DNA from: Lama glama
Taxonomy: Eukaryota
NCBI GenBank assembly: GCA_028534125.1
Contig: CM052818.1
Coordinates: forward strand, 19,718,001-19,782,000
DNA length: 64,000 bases
Direction of reading: 5' to 3'
In this document: one piece after another, positions 37,311 through 47,618 of the stretch
Position numbering within the stretch: the stretch's first letter is position 1
How the letters are laid out: the number at the start of each line of letters is the position of its first letter
The notes under the pieces: generated by a model
Databases searched by the model: none
What the model saw: the letters and a program-made list of their open reading frames with translations, nothing else
Told to the model about the DNA's origin: nothing
Position numbers and translations under genes: made by a program

Positions 37311-38524
37311 GGCTGAAAAGAGTCTAAATATTCAGTCAAGCTTCCTGGGCATGAAACAGTTACTCCAACTGATTGCTACTTTGCAAGGACAGTTTCTCCA
37401 TGCCCCCTTCCCCTCCAACAACCACCCCACTTCCCACAAACATTTCACTCCAAACCTCTTTAGAAATGTATTACATTCTAAAGGTCTATGTTCTGCACTG
37501 GCTGTTGCAAAACTATGAAACAAAACCTGAGCCTCATAAGATTTGTAGTTTTTATGTATACATCAAATATATGTCCCCTTTGGAAACTTACCTTTAAGTC
37601 AGCCTTTGTATGTATGTTTATCTAATTTCACTTGTAAAACTGTGTGTCGGGGTAAGAATAAGTGAAGGAACTGGGGTGATGTGCTGTGTTGTACTCCCAG
37701 AGGCAGATACAGGCTCTGAATCTTTCCTAGGAGGGTTCTGACTCACTCTAGATTCTTTGCTTCTACCAAAAAGCAACTTTATGGCTTTCTTTGCTACAAA
37801 AATAAGGGATCTAATATGAGCCTCAATAGGACTTACCAAACTAGTATTTGGTGCCACAGAGCAAAGGAAGCTTAGGATGAAAAGGAGTAACAACCAGATC
37901 ACATCTCAAATAAAAATGTTCATAAACTTTAAATTTTGTCAAAATGAAGCTTAGAATTCAAGTATCAATTTTTATGGTTCAAACCACTATAAATCTTATA
38001 TAAATCTTCTAATGGACCATAAGAACATATGTCAAGTTTGTGGAATATGATTAATTGGGCTCAATTTTTATCTAGGAAATATAAATTTAATTATGACTCT
38101 TAATTACTGTATTTAAACTAAGCTGTTTCTCCTTTTAATTTTTTTTTTTTACTGTGTTTAGAAATACACAGTAAAGAAAATACTAATGAATGCTTTTTCT
38201 TTGTTAGGTGATTGTATTACAAACAAGATTATAGTTGCAAGACTATTTTAGGTGCAGATAATCAAATCTGAGAGGTACGAGGATAGTATATATATAGAAT
38301 AAGGCCTCTAAATGATTTTGAATCAGATGTCAGTTTTACTGTCTAAAGTAATATTAACGTTGTAAATGTATATATGTATACATATGTGCATATATAGAGT
38401 GTGAGTGAATGAATGAATGAGAATGGATATAAATCAGAGCAACTTTTCCTTGGGTTAATTGCTTCACTATGAAGAGATGTCTAAACTTCTAAAGAACTTC
38501 CTGGTTTGTATTAAAATGCACTTC

Positions 38525-41138
38525 AAAAAGACCATGAAAACACAAATTTAGTTGACAGGCTACAATGGGATTCAGAAAAAGACACAGTGAATATAGACTT
38601 AGGTGCAATTTCATGCTGGTGATTTTTCTTTTTTAAAATGTAAGCCACTAATTTTTTAAGAAAAAAATTTAAACCAAAAGTTGCATATTAATATTACACA
38701 CAAACTGAAACATAAGTGACTTTTAGCACAGTGTATACATGCTTACATAAACTCAAATATTTACACATTTAAAACAATTTCCATTTAACATATGAAAGTT
38801 CTGAAATACATAAATGCATTAATACTTTCTATAAAACTACAATTAAAACATCAATTTGCTACAAGCATATAAAACATCAAGTGCTTTCTTGGAGTTTCAA
38901 GTTACCTCTTTAAAACAAGATCTTGCTTGCGTATATAGTCTTTCTCCAATAATCAGTATGGACTTTTTTTTTTCCAAGAGGTTTATTTTCCAGGTACATT
39001 ATAAGCTCAAGAAAACGGACCCAACAATTATGCAATATAATTATGTCATAACAACTTAATTGCACATAATGCTTTAAAGTAGGTTTGGATAAAGTTCTCA
39101 AACACTTTGGTATATGTTCTTCAGGGACTTCTATTAGAAATAACAGGAATTATAAGTCCCTTCAATCCCCATTTTGCTTTAAAATGGACAAGTCTTTGGT
39201 TAAAGTTTTACATTTTGGGCATTTATTATTAATTAAAATGGTCCCCAAACCAATAAATAACGCTGACATATTAGTTCACAAGACTTCATTTAACTTGTTT
39301 CTGATGCAGTGGGAGGCTATTTAGATATTCATTTATTATAACATGTCAGTGATAGTTTCAATCTTTCACTTATAAGCAGAGAAATCAATAGGTTTAAGTC
39401 AGTATTTCTCTGTTCATTTTCAGTTATAATCTAAACTATACAGTAATTTGTAGTGACTGTAGACACTGTTCCACAGTATATGTGATTAAGATTGGAAAGA
39501 TGTGCAGAATTAAATTTAGAGTCAGCTTACTTGGAATAAGTCAGTACTAGACTGTTCAGTAATTCTGCATTAACTATAACAGGTTGTCAGGTAATGCCTA
39601 TTTAAAAACCCCAAACCGTTCCATTTATAAGAGAAATTGTTGCAAATGTATAAAACAGCAGATATACAAGGAGAACACCAAACATACTTTATTAGCACAA
39701 AAAAGCAGCCATAACAAGGCACAGCAAGCAGAAACATACATTAGCAGTCAAAGGGTTAGTGTTGCATACAAATATAGCTTTCCTTTTTTGTAGCCTTGGC
39801 GCTAGCCATTGGGATATAAAATAACTTTCTGTAGCAGCAGGTAAGGAAACTAAGGAGCACTCACCAGTGGTACAGAGCACGTTAACAAAAAAGACACAAG
39901 AATGGATTCGACTACTTTAGTGCAAAACGTCTAGGACGGAACTGTAAATTCAGTTAAATACTAAGAAGCAAACACTAGAACTTGGTATTACTTCCAAAAT
40001 AGCTTACTCAAGTAGTATTGCATACTAGTCTAAGTGACAAAAAGGTGCTAAGTAAAGTTATTTACAGATACAACGGTTGTACAGTACCTTTTAAATCAGC
40101 AATTTAGGTTTCAGATTTTCCATTAAAAAATTAACTGCACTGAAATTCTATAACTCGTACTTAAGCAATTCAGCTATGAGAGTTTACAACAAAGAGATAA
40201 ATACTGCCCTCCAAATTATGAATTACAGTTTAACAATAATCTCAACAACCAGCAAGCACTGTAGTTAGTATTATCTGACTTGTTTGAGTATCTTCTAGTC
40301 TCATTTTCTTCATGGTTCACAAACTCATCACGGGCATAGAAAAAGGTCTACCTTTTATGAATCAGCGATTAGACTGCATGTGTCAACTTACAAAATCACA
40401 TGCAGGCCTGCCTTGCAGTAGCTATTCCCAGTATGTTTTACGTTAAAGCACTCATTAAAAAAAATTAATACCTAAGGCCTTAAATAAAATTCTACTACCA
40501 ACTTTTGAGTCTGAAATTTTAAGAACTACTATTTAGAAAACCTGGTTTACTTAACAGTACCTTTTGCAGAAGAGAAAAGGAGACTGACTATAAATGACGT
40601 CCACACTTCAGTGAGCTGCACTATGCCCTTGTGGCCAGAAAATTGCATTTTTTTTTTTTCTAAAAGGAAGGCAGTCTTTATTTTTTGGACTTCCAAAGCT
40701 TGATTTATAGTAACTACAAACATCACTACTTTTGGAAGGTTATAGAAAAATTCTTAGAAAAAATAATTTCAAACATTAGTCACACTGTTGAAATACTCAT
40801 CCAATAGTAATAATTTGTTCTTCGGTAAGAAATAGAATTCTTCATAGCAAATGCCCCAGAGTTGCTTCACTCAATTACTACAGCCATTGAAAACCAAACT
40901 GTCAGCTAAACCGGTAAAATGTTTCTGCAGTCTTACTGAACGCCTGTAGCTCTATCCTCTGTTGTCTCAATAGGCACCACGTTTATCTGAGTAACAGCAG
41001 ATCACATCTGACAGATACTAACACTAAGCTTATATACTGTACTGAAGAAACCTAACACTGATATGTGTGCTTGCTGTAGGTGTACTGCCTGATGCATGTA
41101 AAAGCAGATCTAGTTAATGCCCCTTGGGGACAGAGAGT
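38525..41138 (-). other. SOCS5: SOCS5 3' UTR (3' end inferred)
   Basis: Repeat-free AU-rich sequence right after the stop codon; candidate poly(A) signals AATAAA at 40677-82, 39688-93, 39332-37, 39222-27, 38982-87 and variant ACTAAA at 38547-52; many miRNA seed and Pumilio sites. The end point is not determinable from sequence alone. Confidence 0.6.
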
Positions 41139-42749
41139 TTACTTTGCCTTGACTGGTTCTCGTTCTAACCAGCGAACTCTGACTTTCTGTTTGTAATGAT
41201 ACTCTTTTAAAAAATCCTGTAACATTGACGGTAAAGGGAGCCCATCAATTCCATCATACGTAGTGCATCTGCAGATGACTGCCCGGCAGATATATTGCAG
41301 GCTAAAAGGGAAAGTCCTATTTAGTGATATAGTAAGCAATGGTTCAAAAAACATGCAAGAACTGGGATCTTTATAATGTTCCAAAAGTCCTGTTACAGTG
41401 GAGGAGTGAAACACACATGGGTCGTGAGCATCGAAACTGAAGTTGTGATTCCATTGTTCAATTCGGGCATGCAGGGATCTGTTGTAGCGACGGAAGCTCA
41501 CAGAGAAGAGGTAGTCCTCCTGTGCAGAGTCCCTGAGCAAAAATGTACCTTCAGGTTTCCCTTCAAGAAGGGCTTCTGCTTCATAACGGTCCATCACTCC
41601 CCAGTAACAGGGATTACCTGTAATCTGGAGCAAATCTGGCACCAGGCAGTGTATGTAATCAATCTGTGTATGGACTTTCCAAGCTCCCTGTCTGCTAATG
41701 TGGGCATGGCTGTCTCCAGATACCTGACGTTGCTTCTGCCTCCGTGACTGCAAGCACAGCGTGGTGGTGTCCTCTTCTGAGTCACAGTTAGCTTGTGGAA
41801 TTGCAGAATTGTCCCCATTTATTTCAGTCATTCCAGGAGCTAACTTTGGTCCCAGTTTATATAACGGGTTAACCTGTGCAGTGGCTTCAAATGTATGTAT
41901 TTGTGCATTGGGAGGGGGGTCGACCCCTTCTTCAATACTAAGCCGCCTTCTCTCTCTAAGCCTATCTTCCTCATCTTCTGTAGACACCAAGGATGGATCA
42001 AATGTGTCAAAAAATGTCGAATGTGGGCTCACAGGGGCTGTATGCTGTTTAATCAAATGCCATTTTTGGGCCAAATCTGAGCCAGCAGGAAAAGGGCATT
42101 TCTCAAGCATTAATTCAGAAAGGTGTATTTTTCTTTTATTAGAAAAGAGGGGCTTTGACTGCTTGTTGTAAGTTCTCATGGGAAAACACAAGCCCACAGT
42201 ATCCTGCAACCTCTGTCTCAGGGAGCGACTTCCTACGGTTCTGCTGGAAACGCTGTCCATGTCGTGCACGGAGCTCACGCCGTATCGCCTCTCTCTCCTC
42301 TGAAGTCCACTTCGAGTTCTACCAAACTTTTTATCAGTATCCAGTGAACTCTGCGTCTTTGTAGAACAGGAATGTTTCTTCTTGCCACCCCATGGAGCAT
42401 GTCGAGAGTAGGAATCTCTTCTTGCAAGTCTTGTTCCTGGGGTGATACATGAGTCATTATCCTTTTCAATGCTTATTTCAACAATCTGAGGAATTTCAGT
42501 GGCACAGTTTTGGTTTCTCCTTGAAGAATTCTTTGCAGGGCTTAACCCCAGTTGTAAGGCAACATTTTCTCTTAAGGGGCTGCTTTGTTGCTGAGGAGCG
42601 GAGTCTCCCATACTGATGTTTTTCTCTTTGACAGACAAACATCTGTTGGAGTTCATGTCCATATTTTCACTACGGCTTCCTCCCTCATGACTGAAGAGAT
42701 TCTGACACCTGTATTTGAAGTTATTCCACATTTTCCCCACTTTATCCAT
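41139..42749 (-). CDS. SOCS5: Suppressor of cytokine signaling 5 (536 aa; long N-terminus, SH2 domain, SOCS box), whole CDS in one exon
   Basis: Intact ORF starting [21 protein letters not shown]2 [45 protein letters not shown] box [14 protein letters not shown]...[14 protein letters not shown]; ends [10 protein letters not shown]. Confidence 0.99.
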   Translation of the reverse strand: MDKVGKMWNNFKYRCQNLFSHEGGSRSENMDMNSNRCLSVKEKNISMGDSAPQQQSSPLRENVALQLGLSPAKNSSRRNQNCATEIPQIVEISIEKDNDSCITPGTRLARRDSYSRHAPWGGKKKHSCSTKTQSSLDTDKKFGRTRSGLQRRERRYGVSSVHDMDSVSSRTVGSRSLRQRLQDTVGLCFPMRTYNKQSKPLFSNKRKIHLSELMLEKCPFPAGSDLAQKWHLIKQHTAPVSPHSTFFDTFDPSLVSTEDEEDRLRERRRLSIEEGVDPPPNAQIHTFEATAQVNPLYKLGPKLAPGMTEINGDNSAIPQANCDSEEDTTTLCLQSRRQKQRQVSGDSHAHISRQGAWKVHTQIDYIHCLVPDLLQITGNPCYWGVMDRYEAEALLEGKPEGTFLLRDSAQEDYLFSVSFRRYNRSLHARIEQWNHNFSFDAHDPCVFHSSTVTGLLEHYKDPSSCMFFEPLLTISLNRTFPFSLQYICRAVICRCTTYDGIDGLPLPSMLQDFLKEYHYKQKVRVRWLEREPVKAK

Positions 42750-42800
42750 TGATTATAAGACCTAAAGACAAAAGCAGAAAAGGGAGAGTACGTTAATCAA
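42750..42800 (-). promoter_or_regulatory. SOCS5: SOCS5 3' splice site, branch point and 12-nt 5' UTR portion
   Basis: Minus strand: ttgattAAc (candidate branch A about 42793)...ctctccctttttctgcttttgtctttAG|gtcttataatcaATG; AG at 42763-42762, exon starts at 42761. Confidence 0.9.
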
Positions 42801-43318
42801 AGTGGTGTGTGAAAACAGAAAAGGCAGTGCCCACCCCTCTTGTCCTCATCGGAACTGTCAGTGGTTCTGGGCAGAAATTCACCTTACGCTGCCCTGCCAA
42901 GGTGATGGATACAGCGTCTGGCAGCTGTCAGGTCATCCGGCCCTTTTGTGGCACCGCGCATTATTTAAGCTAGATCTCACTGCCCATTTCCTTTCAGACA
43001 GAAAATTCAGGACTCAGGCTAAAGGAAACAAACCCTCTTAAGTAAACTCTGGTGGCTTTATCCCATGCATCAACCTAATTTCATTATAACACTGATTTCT
43101 ATCCTTACTTTGAATAATTTAGGTATTGCCTCAAGTATTACAAAGGGAAAATACGTTCTGTACTGTTGAAACGTATCTGCATTCAACTTCTCAAAGCTTA
43201 TAATCAGGGCCACATTTGTGTCATGTATTAATTAGTTCAAAAACCTTTAAGTACTAATCCCCCCAATTTCATTTACCAAGAGTACTCCACTCATTTAGCA
43301 ATCTAAAGCTTATAGGCT

Positions 43319-43446
43319 GGGGGGGGTACAGCTCAGAGGGAGAGCACATGCTTACCACGCACTAGGTTCAATCCCCAGTACCTCTAGTGAAAAAACAAAA
43401 AAATACCACCACCCCAATCTCTCATCTGCACATTAAAAAAAAAAAT
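43319..43446 (+). mobile_element. tRNA-Ala-derived SINE (Vic-1 type), small internal deletion
   Basis: 'ggggggggtacagctcagagggagagcacatgcttacc...ggttcaatccccagtacctc' plus A-tail; TSD taaagcttatagg at 43304-43316 and 43447-43459. Confidence 0.9.
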
Positions 43447-43779
43447 TAAAGCTTATAGGTAACCACTGGTAAAAATTCCATATCCAATCTCCTCACCCTG
43501 TAACATAACAAGTTTTACCCATGATTTGAAAATGAGAGTAATAGAAAAAAATTATGATACTGTAGTAATGAAAAAATAAAAACAAAAAGTATGAAATTTG
43601 ACATCTTTATTCTTAATCCTTTAAAAAAAACTAAAGCAGCACTTTACAAATAAATTAAGACTACAACATTTACAGGCACACTGTCTCATTCAGTAACCTA
43701 AAAGTCAACATTAGATGACATGGAAAAACCTAAACTTAAAATTCAACTGGTTCTGTCACAATATGACACAGAAATTTTA

Positions 43780-43949
43780 TTTATTTTTTATTTTAATTTA
43801 CAATTTTAACCATTTTATTATTATTTATTTTATTTTGGGGGTGAAAGGTAATTAAGTTTGTTTATTTTTAGAGGAGGTACTAGGGATTGAACCCAGGGCC
43901 TCATGCATGCTAAGCATGCACTCTACCACTGAACTACACCCACCCTCCC
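43780..43949 (-). mobile_element. tRNA-Ala-derived SINE (Vic-1 type)
   Basis: Minus strand 'gggtgtagttcagtggtagagtgcatgcttagcatgcatgaggccctgggttcaatccctagtacctcc' plus AT-rich tail; perfect 15-bp TSD gacacagaaatttta at 43765-43779 and 43950-43964. Confidence 0.95.
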
Positions 43950-44679
43950 GACACAGAAATTTTAAAAAGGGTTTCTTTTTCTATTTTGCTGTCTAAGTAT
44001 GGCACTTTTCCTCTAGAATTTTTTGTTCGTGTTTATTATCTCATTATGCACATTGTGCACAGTTTAGACTCAGTATTGGAAAACTACTTGAGTTTCTTTG
44101 TTTTTGTTTTTTTACAGAGGTGAGAGTCATTAGAGCTGATCCTTGCGTAACTTTGAGTAATCCCCTTTGTCATAAATATTTGTAATTTCAAGAAGTTTAC
44201 TAGGAGCAAGAGAAATAACGAATAAACTTTCTTACATTATCTATCTTCCCTTTAGTTTCCTACAGAAAGGGCTCTCGACTAACAGTGTTCTTGGAGCAAT
44301 GACAATGCCAACATAGAGAATTTGTCTATGAATCTGTGTTACGTACACTGTTAGGTACATGGGCATTTGCATGGCAGGTGGTATATATATATATTCTAAT
44401 AAAGTCTATTAGATGGAACTGTTAAATATTATTAAACTCTGTCAGAGCATTTTGCCTCCTTGCAAAAAAATTTTTTTGTTAAGTTCACCATTTGAACATA
44501 TCTTGTTACCACTCATTCTTTTTTTTTTGCCTTAAGATTTCTGTTCTTTGTGCATGGCCCTGTATACGCAGAACTAATTCCTGCTAAATTCTTGTTGACT
44601 CCAAAATTTGTACATGTAGTCTTCCACTATCCTAGCCCCTTCTAGCATGGCTTCCTTCTCACTTCTTTATTTTAAAGTC

Positions 44680-46440
44680 GCTTTTTATTTTTATCTAGTT
44701 CATACATTAATAGTTTCAACAGTCAAACACTATGATAAGGCTTATTTCAAAAACTAGCACTGCCTGCCTCACCCTCTCCGTCATTGATTCCCACTCCCAG
44801 GGAGTAAAAGAAATTTACTTTTAATTCTGTTAGCTGTTTTTGCTGGTATTTTCATCATTTCTAGGAAAGCTGTTCATATTGATACTGACTGATAAAATTT
44901 GAGGATGGAAATAATTTACCCTCAGAATTTTGAGGACATTACTCCAATGTTCTAATGGCTTCGTTGTGGCTGTTGAAAGTCTAATATCACACCAATCCCC
45001 AGTTTTCTGTATTTGAATCTGTTTTTATTTCATGAAAAACTGCAGCTTCTCTTTATCCTTAATGTGGGCCTTTTGTGCATTCTTTGTGCTGGGCCCTTTC
45101 AATGTCCTTTTACTTCCCACCGTCCCTCCTGAAGGCCCTTTTGATTAGACACTAGATCACTTAAGTTCATCTTTTGATTATCGTATTTTTCCTTTTAAAG
45201 ATTGCATTTCTTTTCACTTTCTACTGTCGGGTAGATTTCTTTGGCATCACCTTCCAACAGTCCTACTGCAGTTACAATTCTTCCCATCACAGTTTTAACT
45301 TCCAAGACTGTTTTCTTGTTCTCTGAATGCTCTTTTTAATAGCATCCTAGTCTAGCTTCTTGGATGTAATATTTGATTTCTTTAAGGATCCAAAGTTTTA
45401 AAGTGTCTTCTTTTTATTTTTCTTTTAACATTTTAAATACTTTTATCTGTTTCTTCTTAGTACCTTATTTTTTCTCCTTAAATCTTTAGGTCTCTGTTTT
45501 TTTACTTTAGAGCCTTCCACAAGTGTCTGATGATCCCTAGCTGTCTGTCCATCAGCACTAACATGCTGATCAGAAGCTCTGTTTGCTTGGGGAGGTAGGG
45601 GACAGGTGGGCGGTGCCTGTCAACTGGTTGGCTTTACAAGGTGATGAGAGAAAGAGAGAGAGACAGAGACAGACAGCGCGCGCCGAATCCTAACCACTAG
45701 ACCACCAGGGAGTGTCTACAAGGTGACGAGACAATGAGCTGTTTTTTTTAAAAGGGAATCCTCAAAAGTTAGCATCTGTAAGCCTTGACTCTTGGCTGCT
45801 TATTCCAGAGAGAAATGCTCCAATCTCCTGTCCAGGATGTATACACCTGACTGCCATGTTCTGAGAACAGGGCAAGGGGAATGGAGAGGTCTTAACCTCA
45901 ATATTCAGACTTGCGCTCTGTCCCTGGTTTTCAAAATTTGTCCTTACCTTCAAAAGATATCAGAACTTCAGTTATGACTAAACTTCTTAGATTAAATTTA
46001 TCCCAGCTCTAACCTCTAGTTTTATCCAGGGTAAGGGAACGATTGCTTCCGGACTGCTCAGGGTAGAGGACGACACGTGCAAGACTGACACGCACACACT
46101 TCAAACCTTCCCTGCTTTCAGCTCCAAATTCTACCCTTATCTTCTGAGGTAACTGGTTCCTTTAATTTCTGAGCCAGCAGAAACCAGAAATAAACTGGTT
46201 TGCTTCTTTTTAACATCCTCGCTTGCAGGCACTCAGATAGCTTTCTCAGTTCTGCTAATTTCTACCTATGTGCTTCTGTCGAAAACCTGTTGACCAATCA
46301 ACTCTACTTCTATCTCCTCTCATTTGCTTTCCCCTTGTGGATGTGTATGCCTTCTACCTTTTTTATTCCTTTAATTTCATTGAGGTTCTAGGAGGGAGTA
46401 AAGCTAACATGCCAGTGTTCAACCTGACATATTTAACTGG
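44680..46440 (-). mobile_element. Old L1/HAL1-like fragment
   Basis: 'ccctcagaattttgaggacattactccaatgttct...gctgttgaaagtctaat', 'ttttcttgttctctgaatgctctttttaatagcatcc' resemble antisense HAL1/L1 ORF1. Confidence 0.55.
45650..45716 (-). pseudogene. Tailless retrocopy of the 5' half of tRNA-Glu(CTC)
   Basis: 45711->45680 reads TCCCTGGTGGTCTAGTGGTTAGGATTCGGCGC (tRNA-Glu-CTC first 32 nt); 15-bp TSD tacaaggtga[t/c]gaga at 45635-45649 and 45717-45731; no poly(A). Confidence 0.85.
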
Positions 46441-46599
46441 CGAGTCCCCTCTGCACTGTTAAAGGAGTGAATGGTACCACACAGAAAATCCCCCACCCAG
46501 ATCAGTGATTTCTTCCAAATGGAGAAATAGTAAATTTTGGGGGGATGAGGGATCCATACAATAGTGCTAGCTGTACAATATAATCACCAGAATAGAATT

Positions 46600-46747
46600 T
46601 GGATACAACTGGTAAAATATGCAGCTTTTTAAACTGTCCACAGGCCCCCTCACAAGAGATTCTGATTAAACTGGTCTGGAGTTGAGCCTGGACACTGCTA
46701 TTTTTTAATAAGCTGAGTGATTCTAGAGTAGAGTAAGAAAACCACTG
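46600..46747. mobile_element. MER5A-like hAT-Charlie MITE
   Basis: 'caggccccctcacaagagattctgattaaactggtctggagttgagcctggacactgctattttttaataagct...gtgattct...gaaaaccactg'. Confidence 0.7.
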
Positions 46748-46935
46748 TCCTAGGGTACCCTCGTCATAGGCTCCAATGGTAGCTCTGAAGGAGACAAGTA
46801 AAAGGACCCTGCTCTGTAGTGGTTGGTGGCATGTAAATAGTATAATATAAACTACCTACCACAATCTCATCACCATTTCACTTTATTTTTGCCGGGTATA
46901 CAAGAGGCCTGCAGAATCTTAGAAAATGTCTAGAA

Positions 46936-47206
46936 CAGTGCTTCTTAAACTATCCATAATGAAGAGCCAGTTTTATTTTTAATTTCACAATTGATTCTTT
47001 TTTTAAGATATAAAAATAAATTACTAGAAAAATGAAATTAAAAAAAAGACATGAAATACAAGTGCCAATTTTCTTATTAGATTGAACAGATATAAAATAA
47101 CTGAAATTGCTATAAAATATAAAATTGCTTTCAATTTCTATTCTTACTTGTCACAGACTGGTAACAGACTGCAGACTGGCACCAGTTCCTGGTCCACGCT
47201 TGGACC
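46936..47206 (+). mobile_element. hAT-Charlie MITE (Charlie18a-like)
   Basis: Starts 'cagtgcttcttaaactatc' after gtctagaa; internal 'aattactagaaaaatgaaat...attagattgaacagatataaaat...aaattgctataaaa'. Confidence 0.65.
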
Positions 47207-47214
47207 AGCTAGGG

Positions 47215-47410
47215 CGGTGCTGTCCGGTGCACATGGTTATTGGGTTCTTGAAATGGGGCAAGTGCCACATATTGAACTAATAATAATTTGAATATAAGTA
47301 AAATACATTATTGAAATTAATTTCACTTGCTTTTGACTTTTTAAATGTGGCTACTAGGAAATTTAAAATTACATAGATGGATCAAATGATATTTCTTTGG
47401 GACAGTACTG
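47215..47410. mobile_element. MER33/MER3-like hAT-Charlie MITE
   Basis: TIRs 'cggtgctgtcc' and 'ggacagtactg'; 'aaatgtggctactaggaaatttaaaattaca'. Confidence 0.75.
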
Positions 47411-47418
47411 ATCTGGAG

Positions 47419-47618
47419 CAGGGGTCTGCAAACTATAGCCCAAGGACCAAATCTGGTCTGTGGCCTGTTTCTGTACGGACTCAAGCTAAGAATGGTTTTT
47501 ACATTTTTAAAGGAACAAAAACAAAAAACCTACAAAGAACATTCGACAGAGATCACATGTAGCCTGCAGAGCTTGAGGTATTGTCTAGCTGGCTCTTTAC
47601 AGAAGTTTGTTGACCTTA
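47419..47618 (+). mobile_element. MER58-type hAT-Charlie MITE
   Basis: 'caggggtctgcaaactatagcccaaggaccaaatctgg...gctaagaatggtttttacatttttaaa...ctttacagaagtttgttgacc'; flanks atctggag and gtctagag. Confidence 0.85.

Noticed and set aside
38148..38175. 10-bp perfect hairpin tttactgtgt/acacagtaaa
   Set aside because: Short, AT-rich and partly made of T/A runs; expected by chance in 64 kb.
41376..42364. Plus-strand ORFs antisense to SOCS5
   Set aside because: Shadow ORFs of the real CDS with no independent support.
41139..42749. SOCS5 as a processed pseudogene because the CDS has no intron
   Set aside because: The ORF is intact, a canonical acceptor and branch point sit 12 nt upstream of the ATG, and there is no poly(A) tail or TSD; a single coding exon is the normal SOCS5 structure.
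26635..43949. Opposite-orientation SINEs flanking the SOCS5 exon as circRNA drivers
   Set aside because: The exon is terminal with no evident donor, and the 26635 copy lies well beyond the likely 3' end.
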